A stretch of DNA of 64,000 bases from Candidatus Woesearchaeota archaeon (GTDB lineage: Archaea; Nanobdellota; Nanobdellia; Pacearchaeales; GW2011-AR1), in the NCBI GenBank assembly GCA_964581415.1, contig CAZOOJ010000001.1, forward strand, positions 36,096 to 100,095, in the 5' to 3' direction. Positions 26,605 to 37,382 of this stretch are shown here, piece by piece (within the stretch, counting starts at the first letter, position 1; every line of letters begins with the position of its first letter). The notes beneath the pieces were generated by a model that ran no database searches, was not told where the DNA came from, and worked only from the letters and a program-made list of their open reading frames with translations. Both the position numbers and the translations under genes were made by a program.

Positions 26605-29277
26605 ATGGATAAAGAAAGTGCAAAATTAGAAGTAGAAGAAATAGTTAGAAAATTTCTCTCTATCCCAAAAAACGAAAGGGATTCTATGCCTGAAGAAAAA
26701 ATAAAGAGTTGGTTTATTGAACCACTATTTGAGGCATTAGGTTGGAATAGGTATGATATGTCTAAAGAAGAAAGGATTTTGAAAGGTAGAGCTGATTATG
26801 TTGTTAGAATAGGAAATCAAGATAAATTAGTAATAGAAGCAAAGAAAACAAATGTTGGATTAAATGAAGAAGAGGGAAGACAAGCTGTTTCTTATGCTCA
26901 CCATAAGAATATCAAGTTTGCAGTTTTAACCAACTTCGCAAGAATAAGGGTTTTTCATGCATTATCAAATATCAAAAATATTGATAAAAATTTATTGAAA
27001 GATAAGACCGACTATTTAAGATTTAATTGTGAGGATTTTGTTAAGGATTTTGATAGATTATGGTTGTTATCAAGAGAGAGTTTTGAGCAAGGAGAAATAA
27101 ACAAACTCCTTGAGAATGTTGATAAAAAACTAATAAAACCTATCGATGAATCAATATTAACAGACTTACTTCAGTATAGAGAATGGCTATCTAAAGATTT
27201 GAAAAGCAAAAGAAGTTATTTAGAAGATTCTCAAATTGATGAGGTTGTTCAGATTTTGATTGATAGATTAATCTTTATGCGTTCTGTTGAGGATAGGGGC
27301 TTAGAAGCAAAAGATTTCTTATTAAAGATTATTAATGATGTTGAAAAAGGTTTTACAGATATGAATCTTTGGGCAGTGTTAAAAGCACAATTCCAAAGAT
27401 TTGATAAAACTTACAACTCAAAATTATTTCAAGATGGAATATTAGAAAAAGAGGGGTTTTTTGATAATAGGGTTCTTGTCAAAGTTATCAAAGGATTATA
27501 TTATGGAACTCAAGACCATCAAGAGAGATATATGTTTGATGAGATTCCTGTTGATTTATTGGGAAGTATCTATGAACAATATTTAGGGATTGTTTTAAGA
27601 GGAACAGAAAAGAGAGTTAAATTAGATTTGTTAAGTAAAAAAAGAAAAAAGATGGGAATATATTATACTCCCTCTTATATTGTGGATTATATTGTAAAAA
27701 ATACAATAGGAGAATATATTAAAAATAAATCTATTGATGAAATTTTAGATATTAAGGTTATAGACCCTGCGTGTGGTTCTGGTTCTTTTTTGATTAGAGC
27801 ATTTCAAGAATTAATAAACATAATTGAAGAGAGATTAAAAAATGGTGAGAAATCTAAAAAATATCAAAATACTTTCAAAGAATGGAAAGGGAAGTTAAGT
27901 TTAGGAGAGAAAACAACAATTTTAACTAATTGTATTTATGGTGTTGATTTGGATGAAAAAGCAGTTGAGTTAGCACAACTTAATTTATTGTTAAAGATAT
28001 TAGAAGAAGAAACAAGAGAAACAAGAAAAAGAGTTTTGCCTACTATGAAGGATAATATCAAGAATGGAAATAGTTTAATCTCTGATTCTCGTTTTGATAA
28101 GGCGTTTAATTGGAATGCTCAATTTCCCAAGATAAAAGAAGGGGGTTTTGATATTGTTATTGGAAATCCACCATATGTTGACTACTCTAAAATCAAAGGA
28201 ACAGATTATTTTAATAAAATTTATGAAAGTTCTAAAGTTAATAATAATGTTGTAAAATATAATTTATTCCAGTTATTCATTGAGAAATCTATAAGACTCT
28301 TAAAGGAAGGTGGAATGTTTGGGTTTATCAATCCAAATACATATTTATCAACTCAAAATGCATTTGCATTGAGGAAATTAATATTAGAAGAAACATCTTT
28401 AAAGAAGATAATTGATGTTTCACATTTAAGAGTTTTCAAAGACGCTTCGACTTATCCTGTAATAACTATTTTCAAAAATGGGAAAGAGAAAAAAAATAAG
28501 TTGGGTGTTGCTGTTATTGATGACGAAAAAGATTTAGTAGAAGAATTAAAATTAAATGAAATAAACCAAGAAGAGTTTGAAAAAGATAAAAAACTTAATT
28601 TTATGATTAGTTCAAACGAAGAAAATAAAGAGATTATGAGAAAGTTAGATTCTTGCGATAAACTAAAAGATTATCAAGAAACTTTTGTTTGGGGTTCTTC
28701 TATTACAGGATTTGCAAAACATAAAGCAAAAGAAAAAGAGAAAGATAAAAAATATTCTCCTGTAATTCAGACAAGAGATATAAAAAAATATTGCATAGAA
28801 TGGAAGGAAGAATATATTGAAAATAAAATTTATTCAGATAAATTAAAAGAATTATTTAAGAAGAAAAAACTTGTTATAGCAAGAGTTACAAAGGGCGTTC
28901 AAGCGACTATTGATAATAAAGGTTATTATGTTGGAAAATCTTCTATTTTAATTCCAAAAGATAAAGATTTATTTGAAATTCTTTTAGCCATCATCAATTC
29001 TAAACTTATTAACTATTATTATAAAATGAAATTTGAAACAACACATATGGCTGGGGGTTACATAAGATTTGATATTCCTTATTTAAAACTATTACCTATT
29101 AAATTGCCTGATGAAAAACAGGCAGAGAAGATAAAAGAATTAGTTAAGAGAATGATGGAATTATGCGAAAAGAAAGACGAGCAACAAATTAAAAATGTTG
29201 ATTATGAAATTAATGAAGAAATTTACAAATTATATGAAATTACAGGTAAGGAAAAGGAAGTTATAGAAAAATCTTAA
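26605..29277 (+). CDS. Type IIG/IIL restriction-modification enzyme (fused PD-(D/E)xK endonuclease, gamma-class N6-adenine methyltransferase and target-recognition domain; MmeI/Eco57I-like)
   Basis: N-terminal nuclease motif …GRADYVVRIGNQDKLVIEAKK (D…ExK). SAM motif I VIDPACGSGSFLI and catalytic motif IV IGNPPYVDY. A long C-terminal TRD-sized region follows. Total 890 aa. Confidence 0.75.
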   Translation: MDKESAKLEVEEIVRKFLSIPKNERDSMPEEKIKSWFIEPLFEALGWNRYDMSKEERILKGRADYVVRIGNQDKLVIEAKKTNVGLNEEEGRQAVSYAHHKNIKFAVLTNFARIRVFHALSNIKNIDKNLLKDKTDYLRFNCEDFVKDFDRLWLLSRESFEQGEINKLLENVDKKLIKPIDESILTDLLQYREWLSKDLKSKRSYLEDSQIDEVVQILIDRLIFMRSVEDRGLEAKDFLLKIINDVEKGFTDMNLWAVLKAQFQRFDKTYNSKLFQDGILEKEGFFDNRVLVKVIKGLYYGTQDHQERYMFDEIPVDLLGSIYEQYLGIVLRGTEKRVKLDLLSKKRKKMGIYYTPSYIVDYIVKNTIGEYIKNKSIDEILDIKVIDPACGSGSFLIRAFQELINIIEERLKNGEKSKKYQNTFKEWKGKLSLGEKTTILTNCIYGVDLDEKAVELAQLNLLLKILEEETRETRKRVLPTMKDNIKNGNSLISDSRFDKAFNWNAQFPKIKEGGFDIVIGNPPYVDYSKIKGTDYFNKIYESSKVNNNVVKYNLFQLFIEKSIRLLKEGGMFGFINPNTYLSTQNAFALRKLILEETSLKKIIDVSHLRVFKDASTYPVITIFKNGKEKKNKLGVAVIDDEKDLVEELKLNEINQEEFEKDKKLNFMISSNEENKEIMRKLDSCDKLKDYQETFVWGSSITGFAKHKAKEKEKDKKYSPVIQTRDIKKYCIEWKEEYIENKIYSDKLKELFKKKKLVIARVTKGVQATIDNKGYYVGKSSILIPKDKDLFEILLAIINSKLINYYYKMKFETTHMAGGYIRFDIPYLKLLPIKLPDEKQAEKIKELVKRMMELCEKKDEQQIKNVDYEINEEIYKLYEITGKEKEVIEKS

Positions 29278-29427
29278 TCTTTAATATCTCATAGACTTTT
29301 TAAACAGAAGCCCCTATTTAAACAAAGCCAAAGCAACCCAAAAATTTATAAACCGAGTTTTATTATCTTTTATTATTATAAAGTTGTTAAAGTTAATGTA
29401 AATTATGTAACTTTATACCCCTCCAGA

Positions 29428-29634
29428 ATGCATATTTTTCAATCAAAACATGTAAGATTAAACAAAAAAGAATCTGAAAAAATTCTTAGAGAATTAAATA
29501 TATCAAAAGTACAATTGCCAAAGATTTCTTTAAAAGATTCAGCTTTACCTGAAGGATGTGAAAGAGGAGACATAATTCAGATAGAAAGAAAGGATGATGG
29601 TAAAATATTTCCTTATTTTAGAGTAGTTGTGTAA
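29428..29634 (+). CDS. rpoH: DNA-directed RNA polymerase subunit H (Rpb5 homolog)
   Basis: …HVRLNKKESEKILRELNISKVQLPKISLKDSALPEG…GDIIQIERK…YFRVVV matches the RpoH consensus. It lies immediately upstream of rpoB. Confidence 0.8.
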   Translation: MHIFQSKHVRLNKKESEKILRELNISKVQLPKISLKDSALPEGCERGDIIQIERKDDGKIFPYFRVVV

Positions 29635-32600
29635 AATGAAGAACCATTTAATTATGAAAAATTATTTAGAGAATCATTCTTTAGTAGAATCTAACATAAC
29701 TTCTTTTAATAATTTCATTAAATATAAAATGCAGGAAATTGTAGACGAAGTTTCAAAAAATATTTCTGATGAAAACTTTGAAATTAATTTAGGAAAAATA
29801 AAAGTAGGAAAACCTGATGTGACTGAAGCTGATGGAAGCAATTCTTTAATAATGCCTTATGAGGCAAAGTTAAGAAATCTTACTTATTCTGCTCCCATAA
29901 GTTTAGAGATAACTGTAAAAAAAGATGATCAAGTGGATTCTGAACTTGTAGAGATTGGAAGAATTCCAATAATGGTTAGAAGTAAAAACTGCAATACTAA
30001 TGAAATGTCTGAAGAAGATTTAATAAAAAATTATAATGACCCTCTTGATCCTGGAGGATATTTTATAATTAAAGGAAATGAAAGAGTGATGGTTATGGCA
30101 GAAGACTTAGCAGAAAATCAGCCTTTTATAGAAAAAGATTCTAAAGGAGAAATTAATCTAAAATTATTTTCTTTAAAAGGAACATATAGAATACCTACTT
30201 TAATTTCAGAAGATAAAGAGGGAATTTTTGAACTTTCTTTTAGTAGATTTAAGAATATTCCTGCAGTGATAATCTTAAAAGCTTTGGGATTAGAAAAAGA
30301 ATCAGATATCGCGAAATATATTGGAGAAGAAACAGATAGCCTGATAATCAATCTCTATGAATTTGTTAATTTAGCAAAATCAGAAGATGCTCTCATGCAT
30401 ATTGCTGAAAAAGCGAATTTACAAGGAACTAAAAAGGAAATTTTAGATAGAGTAAAACAAAGAATTGATTCATATCTTCTTCCGCATATAGGGCAAAAAG
30501 AAGAAGACAGAATTAAAAAAGCAATAACTCTATGCAAACTAATAAAACAATTTTTAATATCTAAAAAAAATCCTAAATTAAGAACAGATAAAGACCATTA
30601 TGCTAACAAGAGAGTTCGACTTTCAGGAGATTTGTTATCAACTCTCTTTAGAGTTAATCTTGGAATTTTAATAAGAGATATACAATATTCTTTACAAAAA
30701 TCCTCAAAGAGAAGAAAGTTCTTTTCAATAAAAATAATTGCTAAATCAACATTATTTAGTCATAGAGTTGAATCTGCTATTGCTACAGGTTCATGGACAG
30801 GAGAGAGAAGCGGTGTTACTCAGAATATGCAAAAAACAAATTACCTTGACACAATTTCACAATTGCAGAGAGTTTCAAGTATGCTTCCTTCAGATCAGGA
30901 AAATTTTTTAGCAAGAACACTGCATCCTACACATTATGGAAGATTTTGTCCTATTGAAACTCCTGAAGGAACTGAGATTGGACTAAGAAAAAATCTTTCA
31001 ATATTAAGCAGAGTTTCTACGAGAATTCTTTTAGATGAAGATAAATTTCTAAGAGAATTAAAAGATTATGGTTTAGAAGAAGAAATGATTGAAGGAGATG
31101 AAGTTTTTTTCAATGGAAGATATATAGGAAATGTAAAAGATTCTAATGGATTTGTGGACAAAATAAAAGAAAAAAGAAGAGATAACAGACTACCCTCTCA
31201 GATGAATATAAAAAAGGATGAAAATTCACAAATGATTATTATTTCTACAGAACCAGGAAGAGTTTTAAGACCTTTAATAATTGTTGAAAATGGAAAGCCA
31301 AGACTAAATTCAGAACATTTGATAAAAGTGGAGCAAAAAGAATTAAAATGGGAGGATTTAGTTAAAAAAGGAATAATAGAATATTTAGATGCTGCTGAAG
31401 AAGAAAATTCCTTAGTAGCTTTATATGAAGAAGAAATAAACTCAGATTCTACGCATCTTGAAATTGATTCAACAGATCTTTTTGGAATTGTGACTTCTTT
31501 GGTTTCTTATGGAAATCATGATCAAAGTTCAAGATTAAATCGAGGAAGTAAAACACAAAAACAGGCTCTAGGAATTTATTCAGCTAACTATCATGTAAGA
31601 CTTGACACAGATGTTTCAATATTGCAGTATCCACAAAGACCCATAGTCAGAAGCTTTGTTTATGATACTCTAAAAACTTATCCTGCTGGACAGAATCTCG
31701 TTGTCGCTATTATGAGTTATGAGGGATATAATATGGAAGACGCTCTTGTGTTTAATAAAGGAAGTGTCGAAAGAGGTGTTGGAAGAAGTTTTTATTTTCG
31801 TCCTTATAGTGCTATTGAAATAAAATATGTAGGAGGGTTAAAAGACGAAATTGCTATTCTTGAAAAAGATGTTTCAGGATATAAAATAGAAGAGAATTAC
31901 AAATTTTTAGAAGATGATGGAATTGTCTATCCAGAAGCAGAAATTAATGAAGGAGAAGTGTTAATAGGAAAAATGTCTCCTCCTAAATTTTTATCAGAAG
32001 CGAGGGAAATTTCAATAAAAACAAAAAAAGATTCCAGTGTTACGATGAGACAGGAAGAAAAGGGAACTGTTGACGCTGTTTTTATAACTGAAGATGATGA
32101 AGGAAATAAAGTTGTTCAAGTTAGAACAAGAGATTTAAGAATTCCTGAAATAGGAGATAAATTTGCCACATCTCATGGACAAAAAGGTGTTATAGGAAGA
32201 ATCGCTCCTGAAGAAGATATTCCTTTTACATCAAACGGAGTTCGTCCTGATGTTATATTCAATCCACACAGTCTTCCAAGTAGAATGACAATAGGATATC
32301 TTTTAGAATTATTAGCTGGAAAAGTTGGTTCATTAAAAGGAGAAATCATGGATGGAACTCCTTTCTCAGGAGTCAGTAAGAAAGAATTAGAAAATCATCT
32401 TAGAGAATTAGGATTAAGATACGATGGAAAAGAAGTTATGTATAATGGAATTACAGGAAAAAAAATGAAGGCTAAAATATTCGTAGGAGATTTATATTAT
32501 TTAAAATTAAAATATATGGTTGCAAACAAGATTCATGGAAGAGCTTCAGGAAAAGTAGCTTTATTGACGAGACAGCCAATTGAAGGAAGATCAAGAGGAG

Positions 32601-32884
32601 GAGCATTGAGACTTGGAGAAATGGAACAACAAGCATTAGTTGCTCATGGTGCTTCTTTATTATTAAAAGAGAGATATGATTCTGATAAAATTACTCTTCC
32701 AATCTGTACAAAGTGCGGAGCTATTGGAATTAACGACACTATAAAAAATAAAGTTAGATGTCCTATATGTGGAAGTGAAGAGATAGAATTTATAGAAGTT
32801 TCATATGCATTTAAATTGCTTTTAGAAGAACTACAGGGATTACACATCTCTACAAATTTTAAATTAAAAAATAAATATGAATAA
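29627..32884 (+). CDS. rpoB: DNA-directed RNA polymerase subunit B (unsplit)
   Basis: Full-length Rpb2 homolog with conserved blocks (…GDKFATSHGQKGV…, …NPHSLPSRMTIG…, C-terminal zinc ribbon CTKCG…CPICG). Confidence 0.9.
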   Translation: MCKMKNHLIMKNYLENHSLVESNITSFNNFIKYKMQEIVDEVSKNISDENFEINLGKIKVGKPDVTEADGSNSLIMPYEAKLRNLTYSAPISLEITVKKDDQVDSELVEIGRIPIMVRSKNCNTNEMSEEDLIKNYNDPLDPGGYFIIKGNERVMVMAEDLAENQPFIEKDSKGEINLKLFSLKGTYRIPTLISEDKEGIFELSFSRFKNIPAVIILKALGLEKESDIAKYIGEETDSLIINLYEFVNLAKSEDALMHIAEKANLQGTKKEILDRVKQRIDSYLLPHIGQKEEDRIKKAITLCKLIKQFLISKKNPKLRTDKDHYANKRVRLSGDLLSTLFRVNLGILIRDIQYSLQKSSKRRKFFSIKIIAKSTLFSHRVESAIATGSWTGERSGVTQNMQKTNYLDTISQLQRVSSMLPSDQENFLARTLHPTHYGRFCPIETPEGTEIGLRKNLSILSRVSTRILLDEDKFLRELKDYGLEEEMIEGDEVFFNGRYIGNVKDSNGFVDKIKEKRRDNRLPSQMNIKKDENSQMIIISTEPGRVLRPLIIVENGKPRLNSEHLIKVEQKELKWEDLVKKGIIEYLDAAEEENSLVALYEEEINSDSTHLEIDSTDLFGIVTSLVSYGNHDQSSRLNRGSKTQKQALGIYSANYHVRLDTDVSILQYPQRPIVRSFVYDTLKTYPAGQNLVVAIMSYEGYNMEDALVFNKGSVERGVGRSFYFRPYSAIEIKYVGGLKDEIAILEKDVSGYKIEENYKFLEDDGIVYPEAEINEGEVLIGKMSPPKFLSEAREISIKTKKDSSVTMRQEEKGTVDAVFITEDDEGNKVVQVRTRDLRIPEIGDKFATSHGQKGVIGRIAPEEDIPFTSNGVRPDVIFNPHSLPSRMTIGYLLELLAGKVGSLKGEIMDGTPFSGVSKKELENHLRELGLRYDGKEVMYNGITGKKMKAKIFVGDLYYLKLKYMVANKIHGRASGKVALLTRQPIEGRSRGGALRLGEMEQQALVAHGASLLLKERYDSDKITLPICTKCGAIGINDTIKNKVRCPICGSEEIEFIEVSYAFKLLLEELQGLHISTNFKLKNKYE

Positions 32885-32886
32885 AA

Positions 32887-35800
32887 ATGGCTCAGGAAAT
32901 AATTCGTAAAAAAATTGGAGAAGTGGGATTTACTTTAATTAATCCTGAACAGATTAAAAAATTATCAGCTGCAAAGATTGTAACTCCAGAACTCTATAAT
33001 ATAGATGGTTATCCTGTTGACGGAGGATTAATGGATTTGCGATTAGGAGTAATTGACCCTGGACTAAGGTGCAGAACTTGCGGAGGAAGATTAAAAGAAT
33101 GTCTAGGACATCCAGGAAGTATAGATTTAGCAAGACCAGTAATTCATCTTAAATATGTTCCTCTAATTGAATTAGGATTGAGATGTTTTTGTAAAGAATG
33201 TGGAAAGCTTATGCTTTCAGATAAAGATTTAGAAAAATATTTCCCAAGTGAAAGAGCAAAAAAGGCAAAAGATTCAAAAAAATGTCCTCATTGTGGAGCT
33301 CTTCAAGATAAAATTAAAATAATGAAACCAACAAGTTTTTATGTAGGAAAAATGAGACTTTTTCCAACTCAGATAAGAGAAAAACTCGTTAATATTCCTG
33401 ATGAAGAACTTAAAAAAATAGGAATAAACGCAAAAAGTTGCAGACCTGAATGGGCTATTTTAACTTCTCTTTTAGTTCCTCCTGTAACTATCCGTCCAAG
33501 CATTATTTTAGAAAGTGGAGAGAGAAGCGAAGATGACTTAACACATAAACTCTCTGATATAATAAGAGCAAATCAGAGATTATGGGAAAATCTTAATGCA
33601 GGAGCTCCTGAAGTGATTATTGAAGATTTATGGGATTTATTACAATTTCATATTACAACTTTTTTTGATAATGCTGTTACGAGAATTCCTCCAGCAAGAC
33701 ATAGAAGCGGACAACCATTGAAGACAATAACAGAAAGAATTAAAGGAAAAGAAGGAAGAATTCGAAAAAATTTAGCAGGAAAAAGAGTAAATTATTCTGC
33801 AAGAACTGTAATCTCTCCAGATACTCATATAGAAATAAATGAGGTAGGAGTTCCTTATGAAATAGCAAAGATAGTTACAGTCTCTGAAACAGTTAATGAT
33901 ATTAATATCAAAAAACTAAAAGAGTTAATAAAAAGAGGGCAGAATTATCCTGGTGCGAATTATATAATAAGGCCAGACGGAAAAAGAAAAAAAATAACAT
34001 CAGATCTCAAAGAAGAAATCATAAGCGAACTTTCTCCAGATTACAAAGTTGAAAGGCATCTACAAGAAGGAGATGTTGTTTTATTTAATCGTCATCCTTC
34101 TTTACATCGTGGAAGTCTCATGGCTCATTTTGTAAAAATTCTTCCGGGAAGAACTTTTAGATTACATCCTGCTGTATGCACTTCTTATAACGCTGATTTT
34201 GATGGTGACGAAATGAATATACATTCTCCACAAACAGAAGAAGCAAGAACTGAAGCAAAAATTCTTCTAGATGTTAAAAATAATTTAATGTCTCCAAAAA
34301 ATAATGTAAATTTAATAGGAAATATAAAAGACAGCATAACTGGAGGTTATCTTCTTGGAATTAATGAATTTTCAAAAGAAGAAGCAGACCAAATATTATA
34401 TCATTCAGGAATAGATTATAATATCTCAAAAAAGAGTGTATCTGGATTAGAAATTTTTTCAAGTATTCTTCCAAAAATAAATTTTTCAAACAAAACAATA
34501 GAAATAAAAGAAGGAAAGATTATAAAAGGAATAATAAACAAAAGTTTATTTGGAGTAGAGGAAGGAGAATTCATCAAAGAACTCGATAAGAAATTTGGCA
34601 GAAACAAAACATTTGATATAATAAAGAAAGCATTTGATTTAGGAACAAATTATATTTCTGATAGAGGCATGACAATAGCTTTAGAAGATTTTGATTTGGA
34701 CGAATCTGTGATTAAAGAAGGAGAAAAAATTATAAAAGAATCTGAGAAAAAAACAGAAGAAGTTATTAAATCTTATGAAGAAAGCACTATAAATGTTATT
34801 CCTGGAAAAACTGCAGAAGAATCAAGAGAAATAAAGATTCTAAAAATATTAAATGAAGTAAGAACAAAAATTGGAGATATAGTTAAAGAAAAATTTCCTA
34901 AAGAAAATCCTGTTAGTCATATGATGGCTTCTGGAGGCGGAGGAAAAATTTTGAATATAACGCAGATGGCTAATTGTGTTGGGCAACAACAATTAGGAGG
35001 AAGAAGAATTGATTTTGGTTATACTAATAGAACATTATCTTTTTTTAGAAAAGGGGATTTGTCTCCAAAATCAAGAGGATTTATATATAGTTCATTTATA
35101 AAAGGTTTAAGACCTGATGAATTTTTCTTTGGAGCTGTAACTGGAAGAGATTCTTTAATGGATACTGCACTAAGAACTCCAAAATCAGGATATCTATACA
35201 GAAGGCTATCAAATGCTCTTCAGGATTTGAGAGTTGAATATGATAGAACAGTAAGAAATAGTAACAATGGTGTAATACAATTTAAATATGGAGAGGATGA
35301 ATTAGATGTTTCAGAACTTCATACTCAAAGCAAAATAGAGCCTGGAAGTGCTATAGGAATATTGACAGCACAATCTTTTGGAGAACCTTCAACACAGATG
35401 ATTATGAGAACTTTTCATATGGCTGGTGTTGCTGAAATGCAGGTAACTATGGGGCTTCCAAGACTTATAGAAATTTTTGATGCAAGAAAAAAACCTTCTT
35501 CTCCAAAAATGGAGATTTATCTTAATAAAGAATATGATAATGAAAAAGATGCAAAGGTATTTGCTGAAAGAATAAAGGAAGTTCCTTTAAAAGATATTGC
35601 AGATGAAATTAATATAAATTTCGGTGATAGAAAAATAGAGATTAAAATAAATAAAAAAGCATTAAAAAGAGTGCATATAGGTATAGATAAAATTTTAGAA
35701 AAATTACAAAATTCTGGTTTTAAAATAAAAGAAAAAGAGAACACAATAACTATTAATACAGGAAAACTTGACTTTAAACAAATTTATAAATTAAAAGAAA

Positions 35801-36372
35801 AACTCAAAAAAACTGTAATCTCAGGAATTAAAGGAATAGAACAAATTTTAGTTGTAAAAAAAGAAAATAATTTTATTATTATGACTTTAGGAACAAATTT
35901 GGAAGAGACTATGAAATTTAAAGAGGTTAATAAAAATAAAATAACCTCAAATGATTTGCATGAAGTTGCTGAAGTTTTTGGAATAGAAGCAGCAAGGCAT
36001 TCAATAATCAATGAGGTTAAAGATGTTCTAAAAACTCAGGGATTGGATGTTGATATGAGGCATCTTAAACTTATATCAGATGCTATGACAAATACAGGAG
36101 AAGTTAAAGGAGTTACAAGAATGGGTATTATTGCTCAAAAATCTTCAATATTAGCAAAAGCAACTTTTGAAACACCTGTAAAACAATTTGTTAATTCTAC
36201 ATTAAAAGGAAGCAAAGACAATCTTTCAAGTGTCATAGAAAATATAATTGTCAATCAGCCTGTTCCTGTTGGAACAGGATTGCCAGGATTGTTAGTTAAG
36301 GTAATAGGGCCTTTAAGCACGAAAAATAAAAAAATCGCAGAGAAAAAAATAGTAGAAGAAGTTAATAGATGA
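32887..36372 (+). CDS. rpoA: DNA-directed RNA polymerase subunit A as a single fused A'+A'' polypeptide (1161 aa)
   Basis: N-terminal zinc motifs, NADFDGDEMN catalytic loop, bridge helix …DTALRTPKSGYLYRRL…, and then, continuous in the same ORF, the trigger-loop region …AQSFGEPSTQMIMRTFHMAGVA… that is normally in A''. Confidence 0.85.
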   Translation: MAQEIIRKKIGEVGFTLINPEQIKKLSAAKIVTPELYNIDGYPVDGGLMDLRLGVIDPGLRCRTCGGRLKECLGHPGSIDLARPVIHLKYVPLIELGLRCFCKECGKLMLSDKDLEKYFPSERAKKAKDSKKCPHCGALQDKIKIMKPTSFYVGKMRLFPTQIREKLVNIPDEELKKIGINAKSCRPEWAILTSLLVPPVTIRPSIILESGERSEDDLTHKLSDIIRANQRLWENLNAGAPEVIIEDLWDLLQFHITTFFDNAVTRIPPARHRSGQPLKTITERIKGKEGRIRKNLAGKRVNYSARTVISPDTHIEINEVGVPYEIAKIVTVSETVNDINIKKLKELIKRGQNYPGANYIIRPDGKRKKITSDLKEEIISELSPDYKVERHLQEGDVVLFNRHPSLHRGSLMAHFVKILPGRTFRLHPAVCTSYNADFDGDEMNIHSPQTEEARTEAKILLDVKNNLMSPKNNVNLIGNIKDSITGGYLLGINEFSKEEADQILYHSGIDYNISKKSVSGLEIFSSILPKINFSNKTIEIKEGKIIKGIINKSLFGVEEGEFIKELDKKFGRNKTFDIIKKAFDLGTNYISDRGMTIALEDFDLDESVIKEGEKIIKESEKKTEEVIKSYEESTINVIPGKTAEESREIKILKILNEVRTKIGDIVKEKFPKENPVSHMMASGGGGKILNITQMANCVGQQQLGGRRIDFGYTNRTLSFFRKGDLSPKSRGFIYSSFIKGLRPDEFFFGAVTGRDSLMDTALRTPKSGYLYRRLSNALQDLRVEYDRTVRNSNNGVIQFKYGEDELDVSELHTQSKIEPGSAIGILTAQSFGEPSTQMIMRTFHMAGVAEMQVTMGLPRLIEIFDARKKPSSPKMEIYLNKEYDNEKDAKVFAERIKEVPLKDIADEININFGDRKIEIKINKKALKRVHIGIDKILEKLQNSGFKIKEKENTITINTGKLDFKQIYKLKEKLKKTVISGIKGIEQILVVKKENNFIIMTLGTNLEETMKFKEVNKNKITSNDLHEVAEVFGIEAARHSIINEVKDVLKTQGLDVDMRHLKLISDAMTNTGEVKGVTRMGIIAQKSSILAKATFETPVKQFVNSTLKGSKDNLSSVIENIIVNQPVPVGTGLPGLLVKVIGPLSTKNKKIAEKKIVEEVNR

Positions 36373-36452
36373 AAAAAAATTTAAAGAAATTTTTTAATTA
36401 AAATTTTTAAAGAAAGTTTTATAAACAAGATACTTCTAAAAAATTTATAAAA

Positions 36453-36869
36453 ATGGTGAATACTATTGATATGCAAGACATGAGATATCTAAATTTATTT
36501 GGAAAAATCACAAGAGTAAATACGAGATTCTGTTTTAAATATAACGGAGCTTTAATTTATTGTGTTCCAAAATCATTAATTCAAAAAGCAGTTGGAGAAA
36601 ACGGAAAGAATATCAAGCAGATTGGAAAGATACTTGGAACAAGGATTAAAATTATTCCAAAACCAAGAGGAGTTCAGGATTTAGAAGATTTTATGAAATT
36701 GATAATAAGTCCTGTTAATTTTAGAGATATGGAAATAAGAGACAAAGAAGTAATAGTAAATGCAGGAGCACAGAACAAAGCCGCATTAATAGGAAGAAAC
36801 AAAAGAAGATTTTTTGAGATGCAGAAAATAATTAGAAATTTTTTTGGAAGAGAGTTTAGAATTATTTGA
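36453..36869 (+). CDS. nusA: NusA-like KH-domain protein (archaeal NusA)
   Basis: KH motif …GENGKNIKQIGKILGTRIKII… and a second KH-like segment. Its position after rpoA is conserved. Confidence 0.55.
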   Translation: MVNTIDMQDMRYLNLFGKITRVNTRFCFKYNGALIYCVPKSLIQKAVGENGKNIKQIGKILGTRIKIIPKPRGVQDLEDFMKLIISPVNFRDMEIRDKEVIVNAGAQNKAALIGRNKRRFFEMQKIIRNFFGREFRII

Positions 36870-36958
36870 ATATGAGAATTACTTATCTTAAAATTTAAAT
36901 TAAAATCAGTTTTATCATTAACAACAACTTTTAAAAACTAATTTTATTCTTAATTATT

Positions 36959-37381
36959 ATGGGATTAAAAAATGCAATAAAGCAGATTAAAAAAAGAAAG
37001 AAATTTCGATGGAAAGACAGAAAATATAAAGCAAAAACTTTAGGACTCTATAAAAAATCAGATCCTCTTCAGGGTGCGAGTCAAGCTAAAGGAATTGTTC
37101 TTTCAAAATTTCAAAAAGAAGCTGCACAGCCAAATTCTGCTATGAGAAAATGCTGCAGAGTTCAACTTAAAAAAAATGGAAGGACTGTAGGAGCTTTTAT
37201 ACCAGGAAATCTTGCACAAAAATTCATCGATGAGCATGATGAAGTACTGATTGAAAGAATCGGTGGAAAACAAGGAAGAGCAAAAGGAGATATTCGAGGT
37301 ATAAGATTTCAGATTATTAAAGTAAATGATCAGCCTTTAGACAGATTAGTAAAAGGCAAGATTGAAAAGGGAAGGAGATAG
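36959..37381 (+). CDS. rps12: Ribosomal protein S12 (uS12)
   Basis: …[26 protein letters not shown]… is a highly conserved uS12 block. Confidence 0.9.
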   Translation: MGLKNAIKQIKKRKKFRWKDRKYKAKTLGLYKKSDPLQGASQAKGIVLSKFQKEAAQPNSAMRKCCRVQLKKNGRTVGAFIPGNLAQKFIDEHDEVLIERIGGKQGRAKGDIRGIRFQIIKVNDQPLDRLVKGKIEKGRR

Positions 37382-37382
37382 A

